64,000 bases of DNA from Candidatus Eiseniibacteriota bacterium (GTDB taxonomy: Bacteria; Eisenbacteria; RBG-16-71-46; CAZEPH01), in NCBI GenBank assembly GCA_044229145.1, contig JBGATO010000012.1:1-64000 (forward strand), read 5' to 3'. A program made the translations under genes and the position numbers. Below the pieces are notes generated by a model that made no database searches, had not been told where the DNA came from, and was given only the letters and a program-made list of their open reading frames with translations. Shown one piece after another: positions 17,939-31,023 of the stretch (within the stretch, counting starts at the first letter, position 1; each line of letters opens with the position of its first letter).

Positions 17939-19522
17939 GTGGCCGCCCGCGCCGCTCGCCGCTCGCCCGCCCAGGCGCCGACGAAAGCGGCGCGGACGGC
18001 GGCGAAATCTCCGGCCCCGCGCCGTGCCGCATCGCCGGCATCCCGCGCTCCCCGCCTTCGCGGCGTGGAGCGCGTCGTCTTTGAAGCGCTGACCTTCGAC
18101 GACGTGCTGTTGCTCCCCGCGCGCTCCGCCATCCTGCCGCGCGAGGTCGAGACCCGCACGCAGTTCACGCGCCGCATCCCGCTCAACATCCCGCTGGTCT
18201 CCGCGGCGATGGACACGGTGTCGGAGTCGCGGCTCGCCATCGCCCTGGCGCGCGAGGGCGGCATCGCCGTCCTGCACAAGAACATGTCGATCGAGGCGCA
18301 GGCCGCCGAGGTGGACCGCGTCAAGCGCAGCGAGTCCGGCATGATCACCGATCCGGTCACGCTGCCGCCGACCTCGACCATCGGCGAGGCGCTCGACATC
18401 ATGGCGCGCTTCAAGATCAGCGGCGTCCCGATCACCGAGCACGGCCGCCTGGTCGGCATGCTGACCAACCGCGACCTGCGCTGGGTGACCAACCGCCGCC
18501 GCCGCATCGCCGAGGTGATGACGCGCGAAGGTCTGATCACCGCGCGCGTCGGGACGTCGCTCGAGCAGGCGAAGGAGATCCTCGCCAAGCACCGCATCGA
18601 GAAGCTGCCGGTGGTCGACAAGAACTTCCACCTGCGCGGGCTGATCACCGTCAAGGACATCCAGAAGGGCATCCAGTACCCGAACGCGGCGAAGGACGAC
18701 CTTGGCCGCTTGCGGGTGGCCGCCGCGGTGGGCGCGACGCCGGATCTCCTCGAACGTGCCGGCGAACTGGTGAAGGCCGGCGTCGACGCGCTGTCGATCG
18801 ACTCGGCGCACGGACACTCGGATAACGTGCTGCACGCGCTCGAATCGCTGCGCGCCACCGTCGACATCGACATCGTCGCCGGCAACATCGCGACGCGCGA
18901 GGCGGCGCGCGACCTCATCGACCGCGGCGCCGACGCCATCAAGGTCGGCATGGGGCCGGGCTCGATCTGCACCACGCGCGTCATCGCCGGCATCGGCGTG
19001 CCGCAGATCAGCGCGCTGTTCGAGACCTGCGCGGTGGCCGAGGAGCGCGGCGTGCCCGTCATCGCCGACGGCGGCATCAAGTACAGCGGCGATGTCGTCA
19101 AGGCGATCGCCGCCGGCGCCAACTCGGTGATGATCGGCAGCCTGTTCGCCGGCACCGACGAATCGCCGGGAGAGACCGTGCTCTACGAAGGCCGCTCGTA
19201 CAAGGTCTACCGCGCGATGGGCTCGCTCTCGGCGATGACGCAGGGCAGCCGCGACCGCTACTTCCAAGACGGCGAATCCGACACCACGAAGCTGGTGCCG
19301 GAAGGGATCGAAGGCCGCGTGCCGGACAAGGGGCCGTTGTCGCGGCTGGTGTTCCAGATGGTCGGCGGCCTGCGCGCCGGCATGGGCTACTGCGGCGTGC
19401 GCACCGTCGACGACCTGCGCTCGCAGCCGCGCTTCGTCAAGATCACCGCGGCCGGCCTGCGCGAGTCGCATCCGCACGACGTCATCATCACCAAGGAATC
19501 GCCGAACTACGAAGTGCGGTAG
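17939..19522 (+). CDS. guaB: IMP dehydrogenase (start may be 18065)
   Basis: [18 protein letters not shown] pair, GPGSICTTR catalytic Cys, IADGG, YRAMGS, PEGIEG. Confidence 0.97.
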   Translation: MAARAARRSPAQAPTKAARTAAKSPAPRRAASPASRAPRLRGVERVVFEALTFDDVLLLPARSAILPREVETRTQFTRRIPLNIPLVSAAMDTVSESRLAIALAREGGIAVLHKNMSIEAQAAEVDRVKRSESGMITDPVTLPPTSTIGEALDIMARFKISGVPITEHGRLVGMLTNRDLRWVTNRRRRIAEVMTREGLITARVGTSLEQAKEILAKHRIEKLPVVDKNFHLRGLITVKDIQKGIQYPNAAKDDLGRLRVAAAVGATPDLLERAGELVKAGVDALSIDSAHGHSDNVLHALESLRATVDIDIVAGNIATREAARDLIDRGADAIKVGMGPGSICTTRVIAGIGVPQISALFETCAVAEERGVPVIADGGIKYSGDVVKAIAAGANSVMIGSLFAGTDESPGETVLYEGRSYKVYRAMGSLSAMTQGSRDRYFQDGESDTTKLVPEGIEGRVPDKGPLSRLVFQMVGGLRAGMGYCGVRTVDDLRSQPRFVKITAAGLRESHPHDVIITKESPNYEVR

Positions 19523-19550
19523 GGCGGCGTTCCATCGTCGACACACGAAT

Positions 19551-19578
19551 GCGGCGCTCGCTTCGGCGGGCGCCGTTT
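19551..19578 (+). terminator. Terminator-like hairpin after guaB
   Basis: GCGGCGCTCGC-TTCG-GCGGGCGCCGT followed by TT. Confidence 0.65.
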
Positions 19579-19654
19579 CGCGTAGCGTGCGACGATCGCA
19601 CCGCGCGCCGCATCCCATCGTCGTTCGCCGTTCTTCGCTTCCGGGAGATTTCCG

Positions 19655-20749
19655 ATGCCTTCCTCGTTGTTCACGCCCGTCCGTCTCGGCGCGCTGTCGG
19701 CGCCGCACCGTGTGTTCATGGCGCCGATGACGCGCGACCGCGCGACGGACCAACTGCCGAACACTCTGATGCGCGACTACTACGTCCAGCGCGCGAGCGC
19801 CGGGCTCATCGTGAGCGAGGGCTCGCAGATCTCGCAGCAAGGCCAAGGCTACTTCGACACGCCGGGCTGCTACACCGACGCGCAGGAAGCCGGCTGGCGC
19901 GCCATCGTCGACGCGGTGCATGCGGCGGACGGGCGCATGGTGCTGCAGCTGTGGCACGTCGGGCGCTCCTCGCATCAGGCGTATCAGCCGCGCGGCGCGC
20001 TGCCGGTGGCGCCGTCGGCGATCGCCCTGCCGGGCAAGACGTACACGCCGGATGCCGGCATGCAGGATCACCCGACGCCCCGCGCGCTCGACCGCGACGA
20101 GATCCCGGGCATCGTCGAGCAGTTCGCGGCGGCAGCCGCGCGCGCGATGGCGGCGGGCTTCGACGGCGTCGAGATTCACGGCGCCAACGGCTATCTCATC
20201 GACCAGTTCTTGCGCGATGGCACCAACCGGCGCGACGACGACTACGGCGGCTCGATCGGCAATCGCCTCCGCTTCCTGCGCGAGGTGGTCGGCGCGGTGG
20301 TCGATGTCGCGGGGCACGAGCGCGTGGGCATCCGCCTCTCGCCGGGCAACGTGCCGGGCCGCATGGAGGACTCGGACCCGCGCGCGACCTACATCGCCGC
20401 GGCGGAGGCGCTCGCGAAGTTCGGGCTCGCGTACGTGCATCTGAACGCCGGCGCGCCAGGCACCGAGGATCCGGCGAAGGAGAGCATCTGGGCACCGCAG
20501 ATCCGCGCGGCGTTTCGCGGGCCGGTGATCCTGTGCGGCGGCTACGACGCCAAGAGCGCGGAGGCGGCAATCGACGGCGGCGTCGCGGACGCCATCGCGT
20601 TCGGCGTGCCGTTCCTGGCGAATCCGGATCTGCCGCGCCGGCTGCGGGAAGGCGCGCCGCTCAACGCGCCGCGCCGCGACCGCTTCTACGCCAGCGGTCC
20701 CGACGGCTACATCGACTATCCGGCGATGGAGGACCTCGCCCGCACCTAG
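19655..20749 (+). CDS. nemA: Old yellow enzyme family alkene reductase (NemA-like)
   Basis: MAPMTR, QLWHVGR, EIHGANGYLIDQF, ANPDL. Confidence 0.9.
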   Translation: MPSSLFTPVRLGALSAPHRVFMAPMTRDRATDQLPNTLMRDYYVQRASAGLIVSEGSQISQQGQGYFDTPGCYTDAQEAGWRAIVDAVHAADGRMVLQLWHVGRSSHQAYQPRGALPVAPSAIALPGKTYTPDAGMQDHPTPRALDRDEIPGIVEQFAAAAARAMAAGFDGVEIHGANGYLIDQFLRDGTNRRDDDYGGSIGNRLRFLREVVGAVVDVAGHERVGIRLSPGNVPGRMEDSDPRATYIAAAEALAKFGLAYVHLNAGAPGTEDPAKESIWAPQIRAAFRGPVILCGGYDAKSAEAAIDGGVADAIAFGVPFLANPDLPRRLREGAPLNAPRRDRFYASGPDGYIDYPAMEDLART

Positions 20750-21340
20750 GTCCGCGTCCTCCGGGCGTGAGTGCGAACCGTGTTCCCGCACCGCGTCCGT
20801 TCGGATACCGCTGCCTCCGACGACCGTCTTGTCCGCGAAGCACTTGCGTGACGAGGCGGTCGTCGCACATGGGTGGCACGTCGGCTGCATTTGGGTCCTG
20901 CGTCACGCCGGGGAGGCGGTGCGAAGGAGAGGAGTGGTTCGCGATGGTGCCCGTGGGTCGCGGCCACCACTTCCCCGCTCGCGGCAGTGACAGCGTTCCG
21001 CCAGGGATGTCTCGGACCCAGGGACCCGAGGCGTCGCGGAGCGGTGGCCTCGGCCACCACCTCGGCCACCGCTCCCGGCGGAACGCAATTCGCTTTCGCG
21101 CGTCGACTGCATCGTGGAAGAGGGAGGGCTCCGGCCAGGGCGGGGGTCCACGGAGGTCCGGCAGCAAATCGGGGGACTGCCGCACCGTCGAGTGTGCGTT
21201 CGCGTTCGGGAGCGCGCCGTGCACTCCGTGGCCCCGCCCAAGCCTGAGCTCTTCGGCGCCCGGGCGCGCTCGCGGTCCACGCCGCGGGCGCGTCGGCGGT
21301 CCGCCCGTCTGGACAACCCACAGGAGCTGCCGATATCCTT

Positions 21341-21359
21341 GGCACATACACTATGTGCC
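21341..21359. promoter_or_regulatory. Operator palindrome of the vapBC operon overlapping a -10-like TACACT
   Basis: GGCACATA-cac-TATGTGCC immediately before GGAGG RBS. Confidence 0.7.
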
Positions 21360-21371
21360 GGAGGATGGGCG

Positions 21372-21599
21372 ATGCCACAAATGCACTTCTACGTATCCGA
21401 GGAAACGGCGAAAGCCATCCGCACGCGGGCTGCCGCCGCGGGGCTGAGCATCTCGCGCTATCTGCGCCAGCTGGTCGAGCAAGAGCCGGCAAAAATGGAA
21501 TGGCCGGAGGGATTCTTCGACCGCGTCTACGGCGGTTGGAAAGGGGAGCCACTCGTGCGGCCTCCCCAGGGCGAGTTGGACGAGCCGCTGCCGTGGTGA
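21372..21599 (+). CDS. vapB: Antitoxin, ribbon-helix-helix type (VapB-like)
   Basis: MPQMHFYVSEE...GLSISRYLRQLV; GTGA overlap with PIN toxin. Confidence 0.85.
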   Translation: MPQMHFYVSEETAKAIRTRAAAAGLSISRYLRQLVEQEPAKMEWPEGFFDRVYGGWKGEPLVRPPQGELDEPLPW

Positions 21600-22030
21600 C
21601 GCACCTGATCGACTCGGACATCTGCGTGCACTTCCTCGGCGGCCGCGCACCCGCAGTCCGCCGGAAGTTTCTCGCCGTGGACCGGGGCCGGCTCGCCATC
21701 AGCGCGGTTGCCGCAGCGGAACTTTGGTACGGCGTCTGGGCCAGCACTCGCGTGGCGGAGAATCTCGCCGCCCTGGAGGAGTTCGTGAAAACCATCGCGA
21801 TCCTCCCGTTCGATCGCGGCTGCGCGGTCGAATACGGGAAGGTGCGAGCGCACCTGCGTCGCCAGGGGATCTCCGTCGGCCCCAACGACCTCCTGATCGC
21901 CTCCACGGCTCTCGCGCACGACCTCACGCTGGTCACCGCCAACACCCGCGAGTTCGGCCGCATCCCCGGCCTGCGCCTCGACGATTGGACCGGTGAGGGA
22001 GGCGGCGCGCCGAACCCCGTTCAACCTTGA
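21596..22030 (+). CDS. vapC: PIN-domain toxin VapC
   Basis: LIDSDIC, AELWYG, GPNDLLIA, LVTANTREF. Confidence 0.93.
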   Translation: MTHLIDSDICVHFLGGRAPAVRRKFLAVDRGRLAISAVAAAELWYGVWASTRVAENLAALEEFVKTIAILPFDRGCAVEYGKVRAHLRRQGISVGPNDLLIASTALAHDLTLVTANTREFGRIPGLRLDDWTGEGGGAPNPVQP

Positions 22031-22056
22031 CCCTCATTCGGCGAATTTGTTAGGGT
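22027..22056 (+). promoter_or_regulatory. Candidate sigma-70 promoter of the atp operon
   Basis: TTGACC-N18-TAGGGT with TG extended -10; -35 overlaps vapC stop codon. Confidence 0.55.
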
Positions 22057-22169
22057 CTCGCGTCGCTTTGCGCGGGGAATCGCGTCGTCTGGCGTGCCGA
22101 ACACGGGCGCGCCGCGGGGCCCGAGACTGACGGGACCATTCGGCCGGACGCCCGCGCGGGAGATCGAGC

Positions 22170-22529
22170 ATGGCCCCCACAGAGACGCCAGACGAGGACG
22201 CGCGGCATCGCGCGTTTCGCGCGTCAGGGCGGACGCCGGACGACAAGGCGAAGGAGCGCGAGACGCGCAAGCTCGCCCGCCAGGCCGGCATCCTGACCGG
22301 AGTGCCGGCGGTGCTCGTGGCCGGGCCGCTGGTCGGTGTGCTGCTCGGCAAATTCCTCGATGCCCACTTCAAGACGAGCCCGTGGCTGCTGTTGGTCTGC
22401 CTGGTGCTCGGGTTCATCGCCGCCGGACGGGAAGTCGTCCGCATGCTGCGGTTGAGCAACGAAGACGTGCAGCCTCCAGAGGGCGAGACTCCCTCGGCGC
22501 ACGAGGACACGTCGAGGAGAGATCCCTGA
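22170..22529 (+). CDS. AtpZ/AtpI family protein
   Basis: Two TM segments, G..LD..F.TSPW motif, first gene of atp operon. Confidence 0.85.
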   Translation: MAPTETPDEDARHRAFRASGRTPDDKAKERETRKLARQAGILTGVPAVLVAGPLVGVLLGKFLDAHFKTSPWLLLVCLVLGFIAAGREVVRMLRLSNEDVQPPEGETPSAHEDTSRRDP

Positions 22530-22981
22530 GCGACTCGTTCGCCTCACCGGTTCCGCGACGCTTCTGGCTGGTGGCAGGTCTCTTGTCGCTGGCGGGCGTG
22601 CTCGCGGCGCGGCACTTCATCGGGCCGCGTGGCGGCGTCGACTTCATCGTCGGCGTGGCGTTCGGGGCCGCGAACATCGTGGTCATGGGTGGATTGGTGC
22701 GCGTGACGCTGCGCACCGGGGGGGCGCTGCCGAAGAAGGCAGCGATATGGGCGGCGGTGAAGTTCCCGGTGCTCTACGGCGCGCTGTTCGCCGTGCTGCA
22801 TTGGGGCCATGTGAACGCGCTGGCGTTCCTGGCCGGCTTCACCGCGATGCTCGGTGCACTGCTGATTGCCGGACTCCTGCCTGCCTCGCACCGGCGGCCC
22901 ACGGCACCATCGAACACGGACGGCTCGCCGACGACGGCGGGCGCCGCACGCACCACCAACGACACACCGTCGCACAGCTAG
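22526..22981 (+). CDS. atpI: ATP synthase protein I (probable CTG start)
   Basis: Four TM segments; AGGAGA RBS then CTGA overlapping upstream stop. Confidence 0.7.
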   Translation: MSDSFASPVPRRFWLVAGLLSLAGVLAARHFIGPRGGVDFIVGVAFGAANIVVMGGLVRVTLRTGGALPKKAAIWAAVKFPVLYGALFAVLHWGHVNALAFLAGFTAMLGALLIAGLLPASHRRPTAPSNTDGSPTTAGAARTTNDTPSHS

Positions 22982-23081
22982 ATCTCGACGGTCGAGGGAG
23001 GAATCGACCGGCCCTTCTCGCCGTGGATGCCTTGTCTGAGGCACTCCGCACGGCTCGACGAAGCGCGCCGGCGCGACACGC

Positions 23082-23957
23082 ATGATCGACGCACACGTGG
23101 TGGGACAGCTCGTCGCCGAGCAAATCGAGATTCCGGAAGAACTCCCGAATTTCATCACGTTCCTCGTCCATCACTTGGGCGAGGAGTCGCCTCTCGCGCA
23201 TTTCCTCGAGACCTGGCAGGACCAGATCTTCATGGCGCTGGTCATCGGCACGCTGGTGACCGTCTTCGCGATCGGCACCAAGAACCGCCACGCGAAGGTG
23301 CCGGGCCGCCTGCAGTGCTTCCTCGAGATGATCGCCGAGTATCTCAACAACCTGATTTGCGGCGTCATCGGCCCGCAGGGGCGGCAGTTCACGCCGTTCC
23401 TCGGCACCATCTTCCTGTACATCCTCACGATGAACCTGTTCGGGCTCATCCCGCTGATGAAGTCGCCGACCGGCGGTGTGGGCTTCGACGAGGCGACGCA
23501 CGGCGTGCTCATGCACGCGCTCAACATGACGCTGTCGCTGTCGCTCAGCGTGTTCGTGATGACGCAGTTCCTGTCGTTCAAGAATCTCGGGCCGCTCGGC
23601 TACCTGTACCACCTCGCCGGCGAACCCAAGGGCGTGATCGGCTGGGCCTTGGCGCCGCTGATGTTCCCCATCGAGTTGATGGGCCAGCTGGCGCGTCCGC
23701 TGACGCTCGCCTTGCGTCTCTTCGGGAACATCACGTCGGAAGACAAGCTGCTCGCCATCTTCGTGTGGATGGGTGTGGTGACGGTGGCCTTCCTCGGTCT
23801 GCCGGTTGGCTTGCCGCTGCAGGCGGTGATGTACCCGCTGTTGCTCATTTTCAGCTTGGTGCAGGCGCTGGTGTTCACGCTCCTGTCGACGGTGTACTTC
23901 GCGCTGACGTTCCCGCACCACGAGGAGCATCACGAGGAGCACGCCGCGGCGCACTAG
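23082..23957 (+). CDS. atpB: ATP synthase Fo subunit a
   Basis: PGRLQ, NLFGLIP, RPLTLALRLFGN, QALVF.LL..VY. Confidence 0.96.
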   Translation: MIDAHVVGQLVAEQIEIPEELPNFITFLVHHLGEESPLAHFLETWQDQIFMALVIGTLVTVFAIGTKNRHAKVPGRLQCFLEMIAEYLNNLICGVIGPQGRQFTPFLGTIFLYILTMNLFGLIPLMKSPTGGVGFDEATHGVLMHALNMTLSLSLSVFVMTQFLSFKNLGPLGYLYHLAGEPKGVIGWALAPLMFPIELMGQLARPLTLALRLFGNITSEDKLLAIFVWMGVVTVAFLGLPVGLPLQAVMYPLLLIFSLVQALVFTLLSTVYFALTFPHHEEHHEEHAAAH

Positions 23958-24037
23958 CCCGCGCCACGGGGTATCGCAGTTTCACGGTCGTGACGCAGTT
24001 CGACGTACAGGTCAGATCAACACACTGAGGAGGAGAA

Positions 24038-24271
24038 ATGGACTACAAGGCTGCATTGGGCCTCGGCCTGCCGCTCGGTATCGCGCTCGCTGCTGTCGGT
24101 TCGGGTCTCGGTCTGGGCCAGGCGGTCCGCGGTGCGATGGAGGCGATCGGTCGCCAGCCTGAGGCCGCTGGGAAGATCCAGACGAACATGATCATCGGTG
24201 CGGCTCTTATCGAGGCGCTCACGATCTACGCGCTCGTCTTCGGCATCCTCCTCATGGGCAAGATCGGCTAA
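24038..24271 (+). CDS. atpE: ATP synthase Fo subunit c (proton type)
   Basis: GxGxG repeat, RQPE loop, IEAL (no Na+-type Q/ES-T signature). Confidence 0.97.
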   Translation: MDYKAALGLGLPLGIALAAVGSGLGLGQAVRGAMEAIGRQPEAAGKIQTNMIIGAALIEALTIYALVFGILLMGKIG

Positions 24272-24342
24272 GACCGCGGCGCGATGTCACGCCGCGCCCG
24301 CGATGACCGGGCGCGGTGAGGGCTCACGCGAGAGGGGCTTCG

Positions 24343-24834
24343 ATGTTCGGAGTAGAACTCAAATTCCTCCTGACCAACGCGGTCGGCTTCCTGCTGCTCG
24401 TGTTCATCCTGCGCAAGCTTGCCTGGAGCAACTTGCTCGGGGCGATCGACGCGCGCCGTGAGGCGATCCGCCGCGAGATCGAGGCGGCCGAGGCGCTGCG
24501 CGCCGAGGCGGAGCGGCAGCGCGCCGACTACGACGCGCGGCTTGCCAAGATCGAGGCGGAGGCCCGCGCCAAGCTGCAGGAGGCGGTGGCCGACGGTCAG
24601 CGCATCGCCGCGGAGATCAAGGAGCAGACCCGCCAGGAGGCCGCGGACATGATCGCCAAGGCCGAGGAGCGGATCCGTCTCGAGCACGCGCAAGCGCTCA
24701 TCGCGCTGCGCGACGACGTGGTGCGTCTCACCATGACGGCCACCGAGAAGGTGGTGCGCGAGTCGATGGACGGCGAGCGTCACGAGCGGATGATTCGCGA
24801 CTTCCTGAAGGAAATCGAGGGTGCGCGTGTCTGA
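24343..24834 (+). CDS. atpF: ATP synthase Fo subunit b
   Basis: N-terminal TM then long charged coiled coil, operon position. Confidence 0.93.
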   Translation: MFGVELKFLLTNAVGFLLLVFILRKLAWSNLLGAIDARREAIRREIEAAEALRAEAERQRADYDARLAKIEAEARAKLQEAVADGQRIAAEIKEQTRQEAADMIAKAEERIRLEHAQALIALRDDVVRLTMTATEKVVRESMDGERHERMIRDFLKEIEGARV

Positions 24835-25375
24835 GCTCGTGAATGCGCGGCCCTACGCCGCGGCAGTTCTCGCCTTGGCGCAGAAGGACGGCACGCTCGA
24901 CGCCACCGAGGCGGAGATGCGCGACCTCGCGGCACGCCTGTCGGGCGCGCCCGAGTTGCGCACCTTGCTGACCTCGCCGGCGTTGCGCGCGGCGGAGCGG
25001 CTCGAGCTGGCGAACAAGACGCTGTGCGCCGGCATGTCGGATCTGGTGCAGAACTTGGTGCACCTGCTGATCGACAAGCGCCGCATCAACATCGCCGAGA
25101 CGATCGCCGACCACTTCGTGCAGCTCGCCGAAGAGGCGCGCGGCGTGGTGCGCGGCACGCTGACCACCGCGGTGCCGGTCAGCGACGCCGACAAGCAGGC
25201 GATCATGGCGAAGTTGGGGCAGCTCACCGGCAAGACGGTGCTGCTGGAGTCCGAGGTGGATCCGTCGGTGATCGGCGGCGTGCGCGTCCGTGTGCAGGAC
25301 GTGTTGCTCGACCACACCGTGCGGCAGCGTCTCGACCAGTTGCGCGCCGACCTCGCGCAGGTGCGGGTGCACTAG
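24827..25375 (+). CDS. atpH: ATP synthase F1 subunit delta
   Basis: ARPYA, VDPSVIGG, LDHTV. Confidence 0.94.
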   Translation: MSELVNARPYAAAVLALAQKDGTLDATEAEMRDLAARLSGAPELRTLLTSPALRAAERLELANKTLCAGMSDLVQNLVHLLIDKRRINIAETIADHFVQLAEEARGVVRGTLTTAVPVSDADKQAIMAKLGQLTGKTVLLESEVDPSVIGGVRVRVQDVLLDHTVRQRLDQLRADLAQVRVH

Positions 25376-29390
<4,015 letters not shown>

Positions 29391-29396
29391 GCGATC

Positions 29397-29657
29397 ATGG
29401 CAGCCACGTTTCATCTCGACATCGTCACGCCGGTCGGCTCGCTCTACGCGGGCGAGGTGCAGTCGCTGATCGCGCCGGGCTCCGAGGGCTACCTCGGGAT
29501 CCTCGCGCACCACGCGGCGCTAGTCACCGCGCTCGCCGCGGGCACGCTCACCATCCGCGACGCGGCCGGCAAGCAGACGGAGCACGCCATCGCCGGCGGC
29601 TTCCTCGAGGTGTCGAACAACAAAGCGACGGTGCTGGCGGAGGGCATGGCGGAGTAG
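29397..29657 (+). CDS. atpC: ATP synthase F1 subunit epsilon (short, beta-sandwich only)
   Basis: IVTP, GILAHH, GGFLEV; ends after 86 aa. Confidence 0.94.
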   Translation: MAATFHLDIVTPVGSLYAGEVQSLIAPGSEGYLGILAHHAALVTALAAGTLTIRDAAGKQTEHAIAGGFLEVSNNKATVLAEGMAE

Positions 29658-29686
29658 CCATCCTCAGCGGCACGCGGAATACGACG

Positions 29687-29720
29687 ACGGCGGCGAGGGC
29701 TTCGGCCTTCGCCGCCGTTT
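29687..29720 (+). terminator. Terminator of the atp operon
   Basis: ACGGCGGCGAGGGC-TTCG-GCCTTCGCCGCCGT-TT. Confidence 0.75.
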
Positions 29721-29780
29721 CGCGTTCGGCGGCTCGTGGTGCTATCGTCGCGCGGAACGTCGACCTGCAAGGAGGTTCGC

Positions 29781-30590
29781 ATGCACGTGTTGGTGTGGCT
29801 CGCCGTCGGCTTGGTGCTGGGCGCGACGGGATGGGGCATCGGGCGGCGGCGCAGCTTCGGCCCGTCGTCGGACATCTTGGTGGCGATGCTGGGAAGTCTG
29901 CTCGCCGGCTGGGGCGCGCGGCAGGAAGGCCTCGCGGGCGCGCATCCGTGGCCGACCGAGATCGCGCTCGCGGCGGCCGGCGCGGTGATGCTGGTGACGA
30001 TTCTGCGCGCCGTCTACCGCGTCGCCGATCGCGCGCGAGCCGCGGCGCGGTCGCGGCGCGGTGGTGCGCACGCCGTGACGCCGGGAGACCTCGGCACCGT
30101 CGCCTTGCACGAGCTGCAACGCCTGCAGAATCTCCTGAAGCTGCCCGCTTCGCGTCCGAGTCCAAACGAATCGTTCGACGAGCAATTGACGCTCGGCCAG
30201 CGCGTCGCCGATCGCGTCGCGGCATTCGGCGGTTCGTGGACATTCATCGGGCTGTTCCTGCTGTTCATGTTCGGCTGGATGGCGTGGAACACCGAACTCG
30301 CGCACATCGATCCGTTCCCGTTCATCCTGCTCAATCTCATGCTGTCATGCGTCGCCGCGCTGCAGGCGCCGGTGATCATGATGAGTCAGAACCGGCAGGC
30401 GGCGAAGGATCGTCACGACGCCGATGTCGATCACGAGGTCAACTTGCGCGCCGAGGCGCAGCTGCGGTTGTTGACGGAGCGCTTCGTCGAGCAGTGCGCG
30501 TCGTGGGAGGCGATGCGCGAGGAGTTGGCGGCGCAGCGGGCGATGTTGGAGGCTCTGACGGGGGCGCGAGCGCCGCGCGAAGAGAGCTAG
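29781..30590 (+). CDS. DUF1003 membrane protein with N-terminal GlsB/YeaQ-like hydrophobic domain
   Basis: AGGAGG RBS; ADRVAAFGGSW, DPFPFILLNL, QAPVIMMSQNRQ. Confidence 0.85.
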   Translation: MHVLVWLAVGLVLGATGWGIGRRRSFGPSSDILVAMLGSLLAGWGARQEGLAGAHPWPTEIALAAAGAVMLVTILRAVYRVADRARAAARSRRGGAHAVTPGDLGTVALHELQRLQNLLKLPASRPSPNESFDEQLTLGQRVADRVAAFGGSWTFIGLFLLFMFGWMAWNTELAHIDPFPFILLNLMLSCVAALQAPVIMMSQNRQAAKDRHDADVDHEVNLRAEAQLRLLTERFVEQCASWEAMREELAAQRAMLEALTGARAPREES

Positions 30591-30605
30591 TTCGCGCCCG
30601 CTCGG

Positions 30606-30959
30606 CTACGTGGCGAGGCGCTCCCGCTCACGGTGCAGCGCGCACGCGACGCGTCCGATGAGTTCGAGCGGCAGCGGGTCGCGGAGAGGAAACGTAAGGT
30701 TGCCCTTGGCGCCTCGGTACGGCGCCAATTCGCGAATCAATGCGGCATCCCGAGTGACCGGCGGATAGATCCCGATGTGCTTGGTGAACGCCGCGAAGTA
30801 GAAGAAGGTTCGCCCATCCCGGAAGGCGGGCATGTTGTAGCTGATGCAGCGCGAGGCGTCGGGAATCAGGCGTTCGACCGTGGCCTGAATCGACACCAAG
30901 GCGGGTCGCACGGATTCCGGCACGCTCTCGAGGTACGCGTCGTGAGAGGCGAAGGGCAT
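30606..30959 (-). CDS. DUF1801/YdhG-like protein
   Basis: ISYNMPAF, FAAFTKHIGIYP, KGNLTFP...PLPLELI. Confidence 0.85.
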   Translation of the reverse strand: MPFASHDAYLESVPESVRPALVSIQATVERLIPDASRCISYNMPAFRDGRTFFYFAAFTKHIGIYPPVTRDAALIRELAPYRGAKGNLTFPLRDPLPLELIGRVACALHRERERLAT

Positions 30960-31023
30960 GGCATCACTCTCCGTGGCAGTCGGCGCCGATGTCCCTCACT
31001 GCATGCGGCGTGGGGCGGCGCGA

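Noticed and set aside
16838..20890. 1350-aa minus-strand ORF
   Set aside because: Antisense shadow of OMP, guaB and nemA caused by high GC3; no motifs
24038..24271. Sodium-translocating ATP synthase
   Set aside because: c subunit lacks the Gln and ES/T sodium-binding signature
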